NCBI GenBank assembly: GCA_965112735.1
Contig: OZ218952.1
Span: 1,240,001-1,304,000, forward strand
Direction: 5' to 3'
Length of the DNA: 64,000 bases
Source: Phaeosaccion multiseriatum
Taxonomy: Eukaryota > Protista > Ochrophyta, other classes
Every line of letters begins with the position of its first letter. Position 1 is the stretch's first letter. The notes under the pieces are model-generated. The model made no database searches, was not told where the DNA came from, and saw only the letters and a program-made list of their open reading frames with translations. The position numbers and the translations under genes are program-made. Below, piece after piece: positions 36,476 through 47,567 of the stretch.

Positions 36476-38232
36476 GCAAGCACACTCATGCACTGCCATC
36501 CTCTGCCCTCAGGTGTGGCCCAATGTGCGAGACGCCAAGATGAGCAGCCCCGACTACCTGGGGTGGAAGCCCGAGGACGCCATGAAGGACTTGATGGAGA
36601 GAATCAACATGTACAAGAGAGTGAGTGTGTTTGTCTGAGCTACAACTTGAAGTGGCGTGCAAATCCATCGTTTATTTGCCGTCAACGATGGTGAGCCTCG
36701 AGGCCAGTCAAGCCCCAAGCTTCATCTTCCATCTTTTCTCATTAGGTGCTTCCCTCCCTCCCTTCCCTCCCCTCCCTTCCTCCCTCCCCTCCCCTCCCTC
36801 CCTCCCTCCCCCTCCCCTCCCTTCCCTCCCTCCTGCAAAGGTGTACGAGCGGCTTGATGAATCCGAAGGTCACTCCTTCATCTGCCTCGAGAACGCGGGG
36901 GAGGAGTGCGAGAAGCTTGTGTCGTACAAGTCCAAGGGCTACTGCATGGGCCGCATCATGCAGCTGCGCACCTCCACCAACCTCATCCTCAGACCCATCG
37001 TGCTCTCCAGGCACGGCGAGTCGCTCGCCAGCAGCCGGTAGGGTAGGGTAGGGTAGGGTAGGGTAGCAATAGTAAGGGAGGAGAAGGGAGAGGAGGCGAA
37101 TGTATGTGTGGCGGGAGGAGGGGATAGCGCGTTGTGGAATAGCGCGGGTAGTCTCTCCCCATCCAAAGAGTGCCGTCACCAACGCCCACCGAAGCGACCC
37201 CTCGAGCAATCGAATCAGGCCGTGCTGCGCTTGGGTCTTGTTGGGCCTCCTGGCGTGTCTTGTTGGGCCTCCTGGCGTGCTTGCTTGCCTTGCATGTCCC
37301 TAATTGATGCTACTGTGCTTTGCTTTACTTGTGCCTGGCGCTGTGCTGTATCACCAACTGCTGTATGTGCAGGCTCGGTGTGGGCCACTCGGGGAGCTGA
37401 CAGCGAACGGCCTCCTCTACGCCAAGAGACTCAGAGGTATATGGGCAGACAGGCAGGCAGGCATATGGGCAGGCATACGGGCGTCCGCACAAGCTTTCAC
37501 GCGGGGTTGTGCGATCCCCCCTTGTACCACTCACTCACTCACTCACTCACTCACTCACTCAATGTCCCCTCTCCCCTCTCGCCTCTCCCCCCTCGCTCCC
37601 CTGTCCCTGGTCACAGATGGCATGGAGTGGTTCAGCAAAAGGAGCAGGAGGACACTTGTACTCACAGGCGACACCTACCAGGTACATCTCTCTGTGTGTT
37701 TGTATATTCTCTGTGCTTTTTTTGTCCCCTGTCCGTCCTGGGAATAATTGTGAGACCTTCAACCCCACAATCTCAAACGGAAACTGAGACTGAGAGTGAA
37801 ACTGCCTTTTTGCTCCTCCCCCTGCCTTCCTGCTCTCCCCTGCCCTTCCCTTCTCTCCCCCCCAGGCGTCCCACGTCGTTGACATAATCTCCGACCTGGA
37901 CCGCACCGAGTTGCACCAAACTCCGGCCCTGAACGAACTCAATCCGGGCATCATGGCCGGCATCACATACAAGCAGTTCGCAGAGCAGGTGAGGGAGTGA
38001 GGGCGGGGGGGCATTTATTGACTTAATAGCAATCACCTAAGAAAAAAAAGGAGAAATGGCGTGAGGGAGGGGGGGGGTGTGAGGTTCTATCACAATATCA
38101 GTTTCAGTTTCAGTTGGAGGGTAGATAGGGCCTTGCCAAATGAGCCCAGCGGAGCGGCGGCAGCTCAGGGCATTCCGTGTGTAGGAGTGGAGTGGAGTGT
38201 GTGTTGGGGGGTGGTGGCTGCTGGTGTGTGTG

Positions 38233-38264
<32 letters not shown>

Positions 38265-38358
38265 TGTGCGATTGTGTTGGTGAGTCATTTTCTCGTCTGT
38301 CCTGTGTGACTTCCTCTACCCTCCCATCCTTCTGACGCCCTACCCTCTCTCACACACA

Positions 38359-38407
<49 letters not shown>

Positions 38408-38515
38408 TGCTCCGACGTCTTTTCCCTCCCCTCCCCTGCCCTGCCCTGCCCTCGCAGTTCCCAGAGGAGTGTCTGGCGAGGTCCCTGAACAAGCTCGAGT
38501 ACAAGTTCCCGGAGG
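33573..38515 (+). pseudogene. PFKFB: 6-phosphofructo-2-kinase/fructose-2,6-bisphosphatase, frameshifted and 3'-truncated
   Basis: Motifs [50 protein letters not shown] and KLEYKFPG. The exon at ~34654 has lost the 'VFN' motif and shifts frame. No C-terminal exons follow 38515. Confidence 0.8.
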
Positions 38516-38549
38516 TAAGTACGTCATGCTTACGTAAGGGTACGGTGTC

Positions 38550-38675
38550 CATCAAAGGAGACGAAGTTGTTGCTTATTGAATGGTCCAGAGGCTGCGGGT
38601 TGAGGAGGGGCAGGGGCAGCGGCAAGGGCGAGGTGGGAGGAAGAGGAAGAAAGAGAGGGAAGAGAGAGAGGGGAT

Positions 38676-38732
<57 letters not shown>

Positions 38733-40423
38733 GAGAAAAGGGGAGACGCAAGCCCTTGACTATTGGAATGGGGCGGGGCACTGGGGGACACTGGCAGCCG
38801 AGCGCTGTGGAGAGAGAGCCCCAGCACCTCGGATAGGATACATGATAAAGAATCGAAAAGTATCGCTCCCCTCCCCATTCCCTTCCCAACCCTCTTCCCT
38901 TTCTCCTACCTCCATCCGCTCCTCCCGTCATCCCTCGCCCCCAATTGTGCCTGCCAACCGACTCGCGACTTCCCAACATCACACGCCTCGACTTCCGGCA
39001 ATGTCGAAACTATCGATGCTCTAAATGGATGCGCAACAATCGCCGCAGCACAAGAGGAGAGGCGGAAACAATTGCAGGCAGCAAGGCAGGACTTGCTCAA
39101 CCAGAAGGCGACTTTAGAAGCTGCTTACAAGTATTGGAGGAGGACAAAACCCTTTGAGGTTGGTTCAGCTATAAAAGGAATTCAAGAGGATTTCCTGCTC
39201 CCAGCGGAGCAGGAAGAGAAGCGAAACAAGGAGATGGAGGAGAGTAAGAAGAAGGGCTGTGACATGTCTTCGAGGTGCAAGTGGTGACCACTTCGTAGGG
39301 CTTTCTTCGCCGCCCCTTGGTCGCACGTCTAAGCGGTACGTTCTCAATTATCGCCTCTTCCTTCTTGAGGCCTGACTGCTCCTGTCGACGCCCCCCCCCC
39401 CACCCCCCTCTCGGGCAGCCCTTTCTGTACATACCTTGACACACTTTCTTCCCCCTGCTGTTTTCTACATCTTTTTTGTGCTAACAGGGGTGAAAACGAC
39501 GAGGATGGTAATACGGGCGAGGAGGGTTTGGGACGAAGAATAGACCACCAGCGCAGACTGAGTTCATCAAGGTAGCACCAAAGGATCCAGAGAAAGGGTT
39601 GTCTACTTGGGAATCTCCCTACTTCAGGGCCTCTACGGCTGAAGTGGGAGGGTACGCCCAACTTGACGTGTTTGTCTGGGCCCCCCACCTCGGACGGCAC
39701 CGCAGCGGGCTGTGTATGTCACCAGCCTCGAGGACAACTTTGTCATGGTGGGGACAAGGCATCGGTGTACAGAGCGATTGGACGAGAAGAAACGGATGAA
39801 AGCGGAGTACAACGAGGCGAGAAGAAGAAGGAAACGTCACAAGGTTCGTGTGCTTCGGTTGTGTCTCATTTGCGCTACTCTCTGGGGCTTTGGATGAAGC
39901 CGCCGCGCCTCACTTCTTCGCCCTCCTTCCTTGTGCCCACCCCTGTCCAGCTTGCCGCTCAGAAGAACGCCATTTGCGAGTACTCGACCTCCTTCTACTC
40001 CTACGACCCACGCGTGACCACAGCGTACAAGGAGAACTTACGCATCCTTCCAGTGGGTGACTTCAGAGCTGCCCGTTGAGGTAGGACCAGGCAACACGGC
40101 CCTTACAACCTCAGCGGCCCTGCTTCTCGTGCGAAACGGTACATCAACTGGCAGCATCGGTGACGCAGAGAAACTGTTTAAGGAACTCAAGTCGCATTCC
40201 CTGTGCCGAATGCAGCTACAGTTTCTAGGGTCTGCCGCATTATATCCTCCAGAGGGTCGACTCAAGCGGCGTGGTGAGCAAGGGGCCGAAGCAGAAACAC
40301 AAAAGCACGCGCGGGGCACAGGGAAGCGGGGCAGCGTCGAGCACACTCGATGCTTGGGTACGCGGCAGCAGCAGCACGGGGCAGGGGCAGCACCAGCGGG
40401 GGGCAGCAGCAGCAGGCGTCGGT

Positions 40424-40473
<50 letters not shown>

Positions 40474-43400
40474 CAACAACCGCAGCAATAGTCGATAACG
40501 GCTGATAGTGTGGGCATCTATGTCCCAGGCTTTGGAGCATTGCGCAGGTTTTTACTTCAAAAGTGTGCGCGTGGAAAGGAGTGGCAGCTGCTACAGGCTA
40601 CAGATGATCTGGGGGCGCATGCTGCAGGTGAGGAGCAAGAAGGGCTCATCATTCTCGTAGCTAGAGTCAGAGGATGCTGCCTGCTGATGTGTACCATTGC
40701 TGAGGCCTTCACTCTTGCGTGCCCTCACCCCATTTTCCACTCTTCCCCGCCCTCCATTGCCGTGTGCTTTGCCGATGTTCAGCTGGATCACTGTCCCTCG
40801 AGTTTGAGGGTGTGCGGTTCGCCAACATCCGACTTACCATCTTCTCTGCAGAGATGAATGCTCCAATTCTTCGCGTGAACGTCGACTCGGGCAGCTACAA
40901 TGACCCAGCATGCACCCGAGCTCTTGAGGCGTTTCGCAAGGCGGCAGAGGGTCGGCCGAAGGTTGAGGTGGCCACTATTGACAACATGCGGGATGCTCGC
41001 TTGCTGAGGCAGCGCCCCCCCCCTTCGAGGACGCTGACGCTGCTGCCACCGATGCTCTTGAAGTCATCAACTTTGAGGCAGGGGGGGGCAAAACCATGTT
41101 TGTGAACACTGTCGAGCAGGTCGACGTGGCAGTTCGCGCTTTGCTTGACGATGCACGGCGCGTGTTAGTCGAGGGCCGGCAGCTCCTCCTTGGTTTTGAT
41201 CGTGAGGCATACGCTCCTCTGCAGAGGAGTGCGTCCACTGGCAAGACAAGCGTGATTGCTCGCCAGCGAGATTCTGAGCCGGGAGGACATTGTGTGAAGG
41301 TAAGCTTTTGCAGGGGAGAATGGGTGTTTGCTGCTCTGTGCTGCTCTGCTTGTCTGTTATCTGTTGCTCGCTTTTTCGCTGCTCTGCTGCTCGACTTGTA
41401 TGTTGTTCCGCTTCTCTGTCGCTTTGCTGCTCTATTGCTCTGGTCCTCCACTGCGTTGCTGCTCTGCTGCTGGTGCTGGTGGAGAGGGGCTGAGACTTTG
41501 CCTTCCACTTGGCCTCGACGGATCAACCCCATTTGCTTCTTTCCCCTTACTCCTTGCCCTTGTCTTTGCTGAAGGGTGCTGCAAACGTCAAGGGGGATGT
41601 TACGGTCTTGAAGATGGAGTTTGATGTGGATGTAAAAGGCGCCCTTGACATAGTTGTCGAAGCGCACAGCTCTCTCCAGCTCAAGCAGGGGCAGGGGAGC
41701 CACAGACTCGATGACATGGTTGCTCTAGTTACGAACAAGCGTCTGGACAAGAGCATTGGGGGAGATGCTCATGGTCATGTGTCGAGGCTTGGGAATGGGG
41801 CGTTGTCTGACTGGCGCCGCTGGCCACTTCTCAAGGATCAGGCTTGTTACGCCGCGAATGACGCCTATGCAAGCTGGCTACTGCAGCACACCATCTGGAC
41901 GAAGCAAGGGTGTACAGCAGCGAGTGGAGAGAAAGTGCCTGGGGAGGGACAGCACGATGAAGGCGCGGAGCAGATCGAAGCTGGAGAGAGAGCTGAGCAG
42001 AGGGGGAGAAGGTGCGGTTGGAGATGAATGGGTGGATACGGAGGAGACTCGGGAACAAGCTGCTGAGGCCCGGCGTGTGTGCGAAGACCCGGACGAGGGG
42101 GAAGCAAGATAGCGACGAGGAGGAAGAAGGAGAAGAGCGAGGGGGGGAGGCGAGCCGTTGGAGCATGCCGACATTTTGGAGCAACAAGGCGAGGGAGCGA
42201 CCGAGGAGCCGATGAGTGATGCTTACTCTGACATAGCGTTGGTCTTTGTTGACAAGTATGCAAGAACTTCTGAATGGGAAGAGCCCCTGCTTCTGCCAAT
42301 GGGTCTCACGAAGACGGCGCGAGCGACTGTGTACAAGAGAGCTGAGGGGCTGGGGCTCACGCACAAGAAGGTGGGAAGCGGTACTGATCAGTAAGAGGAA
42401 GGGTTACCGCTGCCCTGCCCAGCAAGCTGACGCTGCTTCTGAGAAAGAGAACGAGGGCAGGGGACGCCTGGAAGGACGTGCGAGTAAAGTACGACATCTA
42501 TCACTGGATGGCAAGGTGAGCAGCGAGATGGCACTAGAGTGTACAAGTACAGCTCACTGACTTGCTCTCTATTGATCTGATTCGTTTTGCCGCCTCCTTG
42601 GTTGGCAGATTTTTTCTCTCATGGCCCAGTGCCACTCCAAGGACTCGCGCGTGTACCGATTCTTCGCTATTGCCTTGAGCGATGCGGTGTTTGTCATGAT
42701 GGCCGGTGAAATGGAGAGGATAAAGAAGCACCGGATTTAAAGAAGCACCGGAGAAAGTTCTTGAGGAAGCACTGCCGCTATACCATCCCCTCTCCCAAGG
42801 TGCGTAGCGCGGGTCGACTCGCAGTGCTTGTTGAAGTGCCTGACCTGCTCACTTACACGTCCAGTTGAGTGAGGCTACCTTGACTCAATTTGGCCTCGTT
42901 CTTCCTCCTTCTTTGTAATGTACATAGGTCTTGGCGCAACGGGTGACCATGGTCTACACGTTCTTCAAAGACGTGAAGAAGCCCTCAACCGGCCTGCCCT
43001 TCTTCAACAGTAAGCACGCCGCCATCTTCAAGACTGCCATGAGCCACATCATGGCCGGGAGGCTTTCGGGCAGGCCGGGAGTGGACATGTATGTGTACCT
43101 ACGGACGACGAAGACTGGCCTGATGATTTCCGCTGCTTGCGCCAGAGCTCTGCTCTGGAGGGGTACCACCTTCACTTGAGGCTTGTGCTGTCTGCTCTGT
43201 CGAAGGGCGCAAGCGCGGAGTTGGTGGACGCCATAGTCAACGAGTTTGACTTTCGCTTCTTCTGCGTGAATGCTGTCCGCAAGCTCGACAGATTCCCCTG
43301 TGATGTCTTCCACTACGACCTCGAGATGCTTGAGCAAGTGGCCGCCTCGCTTGGCCGCCTGGGACCCCTTGATCGTTCTGCACCCCTTGTGCTTCAACAA

Positions 43401-44286
43401 GGCATGCACTACGCGTGGGAGGCGCAAAGGGAGGCATGCGAGTTGGAGAGCTCAGAGGTCGCAGTAGCGACTACCACCCCTTCATCACCGGCGCAGCTGC
43501 CGATCTCGCCTGGGGTGGAGTCTTTTGTCACGACGGGAAGTGCTGCTGGTCAAGTGCAGGAGGTGGTGGCGGGCACATTCAGGGGAGGTGAGTTTCTGGC
43601 AGCTCGCCTTGGGAGACAGGGGGGGCGGCTTCGAGGAACTCAGAAGCTTACGAAAGAGGAATTGGCGACCTTGATGCGCGCATCGATTCCCGAAGTGGGG
43701 TCGCTTCAAGGCAGATGTGGGTGGGTGGCTCTTTGGCCGCCCTTGCCGCTCGCATGGGAGTGTTTCTTATGCCATCCACTGCAGAAGCTTACTTGCAGTC
43801 TGTCTTCCACTCAGAACTCGCCTACAACGAGCTCAGGAGCAGCCACTTCTTCGAGGCTGTTCAGCGGTCCCTTCGGAGGGAAGTGGGCCCATCTGCAGCC
43901 GCCGTAGGACCTGTGGACAAGGCGGGGGTGCAGCAGCTTTTGCCCAGGGCACAGACTCTCGCGGCACCACAAGAGGACCACGACGCCATCGAGGGGCAAG
44001 AGCGAGCAGAGAACCCTGCTCCAGTTGCGGGGGAGGGTGGAGACCACTTCAGCGAGGAGTATGTTGGCGGAGCTACTGCGGAGGGTACAGCAGCGAGTGG
44101 CAGCATGGGCTACACCCCCCTCCCGCTTTCCGGGATGGAGTCTGCCGCTGCTGGAGGCGGAGGAGGAGGAGGCGGAGGAGGAGGAGGAGGAGGAGGAGGA
44201 GGAGGAGGAGGAGGAGGAGGAGGAGGAGGAGGAGGAGCTGCTGCTGCTGGAGGAGGAGGGGAAGGAGGAGGACGAGGAGGGGAAGG

Positions 44287-44339
<53 letters not shown>

Positions 44340-44856
44340 GACCACCGCCGGCACCAGCAGCCGCAGCACTGTGGCCTGCAACGGGAGGATCAGGGGCAGG
44401 ACCGGCAGCGGGAGGATCGGGGGCAGGAGCAGCTGTAGCACCTGCAGACTCTGCTGCCGCAGAGGGTGGTGTCGCTCTCGGGGGAGGTGAGAGAACCCGC
44501 GAGACAGAGCTACGGAAGAAGAGGGAGGCCGAGAAAAGGAGAAGAACAGAGGCAGGCGCGGAGGGGAGGGAGAGGGCAAAGCTCCAGACAAGGGCAGCGC
44601 GGAAAAGGGAAAGGGAAAGGTTGCAGCAGGCTAAGCAGGGCCCTCCAGGGTGACTCATACCTTTCTGTGTACGTAGTAATGTAAATACGAAAACATTGGC
44701 TTTCTTCACTTGCCTCTACTGTCGCGCACGCTTCGTGGGAGCATGTACATGGAGAGGGGTGGTGAAGGCGGGGAAAATTTCTAATTTCTTTTTCTTCTCC
44801 TTTTTTTGGGCCGGCGGTCGACACTATTTTTTAAAAGTGCGCTTCTCCCTTTGATG
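38550..44856 (+). mobile_element. Decayed Zisupton/KDZ-like (DUF6729-type) DDE transposon with embedded 3'-5' exonuclease and R3H domain
   Basis: DUF6729-like motifs VFVWAP, FYSYDP and LPVE..TAL. Candidate triad QLDH (~40785), TIDN (~40980) and LRQSSALEGYH (~43157). Also GLPFFN..HIMAGRLSGRPG..MY..GL. Imperfect ends CATCAAAGG / CCTTTGATG. Many frameshifts. Confidence 0.62.
41096..41900 (+). pseudogene. WRN/Mut-7-like DEDDy 3'-5' exonuclease domain within the transposase
   Basis: LLGFDRE (ExoI), NVKGD (ExoII) and LSDWRRWPL..Q..YAANDAYAS (ExoIII). Confidence 0.78.
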
Positions 44857-44874
44857 TGATGCTGCCGTAATGCT

Positions 44875-46290
44875 TTGATGAGGCCGTGGCCTCGGCGCCA
44901 GCTCGCCTGCTGGTTGCTGCTGGTCCTGTACTTTGCAAAGGCAAGCAGACAAGACGGCGCGTGCAACGCTGCTGCCGGACAAGACCCTTCCTCATTTGCA
45001 AGTCAGTTCGACGCGCTGCGTCCTGACAAGGCCCTTGCATTGTGGGGAGTGGAGGGTGACGGAGAAGAAGAAGCAGAGGAGGCACCACCAGAAGCTCCAA
45101 ATACCAAAGAAAATGCAGGGGTGCTTGAGGTGGCAATCGGGGTCATCTCCTCCGGCGTGAGCGAGGCTTCCCGCGCACGGAGGCAGGCGATTCGGGACAC
45201 TTGGATGACCCACCGGCCCCCCGTCCAGCAGCCCGGGGGTATGCAGATTCACGTGACCTTCAAGTTCTTTCTAGGGCTCTCTCGTCCCGCAGCAGCGGCA
45301 GTGGAAGGAGGCAGCAGCAGCAGCAGCAGCAGCAGCAGACTGCGCGTACCCTCGGCCGTGACGGAGGAGGAGCAACAGTTTGGCGACATTTTGGTTGTTG
45401 GAGTGGAGGAGACGTATGCCAACATTTACTACAAGGCCATTGCGGTGTTCCGCTGGGGGGCCATGGACTGCTCCGCGGACTTTGTGTTCAGGTAAGAGAC
45501 GCTCGGGGGCGGGGGGGGGGGATGCTTATCCCTCCTTGTCAAGAAATGAAATGCCCCACGTCCTTGACTTTGCCTGCATCTACTATGCTCCCTCAACCTC
45601 CCCCTCCCCAGGATCAACGACGACAACTTCGTCCTCCTCGCACCGCTGCTGCACTCCCTCTCCTCCATACCGCCCCAGCTTGTCTACGCCGGTTACTTCC
45701 TCGAAGGGGTCCGTGTGTGCCGCCCAGACTCTGCCGACCAGCACCGCCGCAGCCTCTGCCCCTCCCGGGAAGACTACCCGAGTGACGAGTACCCCCTCTT
45801 CGCCCAAGGGAACGTTGTCGTCCTGTCTGGGGACCTGGCTTATGTGCGTGCACTTGGCTCTGTTTCTATCGTCTGTATCCCCCCCCCCCCCCGTCCCTCT
45901 CTCTCACGCGTGTCCATTGGGCGCCAATGGCGGCATCAAGCCACATTGCTGAGCAATTCCTCTTCCGCTTGCGCCATGATGTGTGGACACCTTGTCATTT
46001 CTTTGTGGATGCGTACCTCCCAACTAACTACATGTCCTTCTGCTTTGCCCTTTTGCCTTTGCCGCCCACCCATCCACACACGTACAGCACGTGGGGGAAT
46101 TGTCGCAGCAGCCCTGGTGCACCCCTCTGCCGGACGATGTTTCGGTGGCTCTGGTGGCGCTTGCACACAGGCCTTTCATGCACGATATTCCCGCCAGCTT
46201 CGCTCCCGACCAGGCCCCAATCGAGTGCAATCCCAACGCCCTACTGCACATGGACCTCGATGTGGAAACCATGTACAGGATGGGAGGTGA
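44875..46290 (+). CDS. GT31 family beta-1,3-galactosyltransferase-like protein (exons ~44875-45491, 45611-45843, 46088-46286; 3' end uncertain)
   Basis: N-terminal signal/anchor, then RRQAIRDTW, EEQQFGDIL...ETYANIYYK, FVFR|INDDNFV, YPLFAQG..VLSGDL and PDDVSV. Confidence 0.85.
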
Positions 46291-46294
46291 GGCG

Positions 46295-46685
46295 AAAGGG
46301 AGGGGGGCGCGGAGAAGGCAGAGAGGGTGGGCAGAGGGCGCTGGCTGCGAGGGCAGAGAGGAGGTAGGGAGAGGGCGGGGAGGGAGCGGAGAGAACGGGC
46401 CGAGGGAATGTAGAGAGGACACAGAGGACAGAAGGAAGGTAGAGAGAGAGCGGGGACAGGGCAGAGAGAGGAAGGTAGAGGAGACAGAGAGAGCGAGGAG
46501 AGGGGAGAGAAGGCAGAGAGGGTGGGCAGAGGGCGCTGCGAGGGCAGAGAGGAGGTAGGGAGAGGGGAGAGAGAAGGTGGAGAGGGCGGGGAGGGAGCAG
46601 AGAGAAGAGAGGACACAGAGGACAGAAGGAAGGTAGCGAGGGCGGGGAGGGAGCAGAGAGAACGAAAGAGAGCACCGAGAGGGCG
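46295..46685 (+). repeat. GA-rich repeat with ~190-bp internal duplication
   Basis: gagaaggcagagagggtgggcagagggcgc at ~46312 and ~46506. Confidence 0.8.
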
Positions 46686-47375
46686 GTGATACCTCACCAC
46701 GTCGGTCGGCCGATCAGGCCTCGGTGTGGGGAAGAGTGAGGACACCTACGCATGTAGAATGCTTGGCTGAGTCCAAACGCAATGCTTGCTGGGTACAATC
46801 ACTCACACTTGCCTGTTGTTGCTGGGCACACTTCGCTTTGCCTGCTGCTGGATACAATTCCACACTTTGCCCGTTTGCAGCAGGACACCAATGCTTGCCA
46901 CCAGCACCTTCCCTGACAGCCGTTTCATCTCTGCCCCTTCTGCTTCTCCCCTCTACTCCGTTCTCCCTCCGATCCTTGTCCTTTCCTCGCATCGTCGTGT
47001 TTCTCCCGCGCTTCTCTCAGACCTCTTGCAGCAGGGGAGAAACCCGTGCGAGGGCACGCCCCCCTGGAGAGCGGCCCCGTGAGGGCAATTTTTTTCATAA
47101 GTAACAATCCGTGTATTGTGTTTTTACATAAAAGCGCCACGCCTGTCCAACTACAGTATGATACACGCAAGGGCATTGGTCGGCGGACCAAACAAAGAGC
47201 GACAACGACACGATGGATAGACACATGCGGCGGCGGTGCGAGCGATGAAAAGGAAATAAAAAATAAAAAAAGCCTCAACCCCACACGACACGGACGCGAT
47301 ACAGTACACACAAAGTAAAAGAGCGACGCGACAAGGTGGGCCCCACCCCCAATGAAAGGAAGGGCCCGTCTGGTG

Positions 47376-47535
47376 CTACCGCCTGCCGCTCGTCGCACCG
47401 CCAAACGAATTGCTCTGCGCCGTCTTGAGTCTCTTTTGAATGCAGAGGGCCTCTCGAGGGGTCTGTACTCGCAGCCACAGGGACGTGCTCTTGTTGGCGG
47501 CCCCACCACTGTAGCCCATATGACTGCTGCCGCCG

Positions 47536-47567
<32 letters not shown>

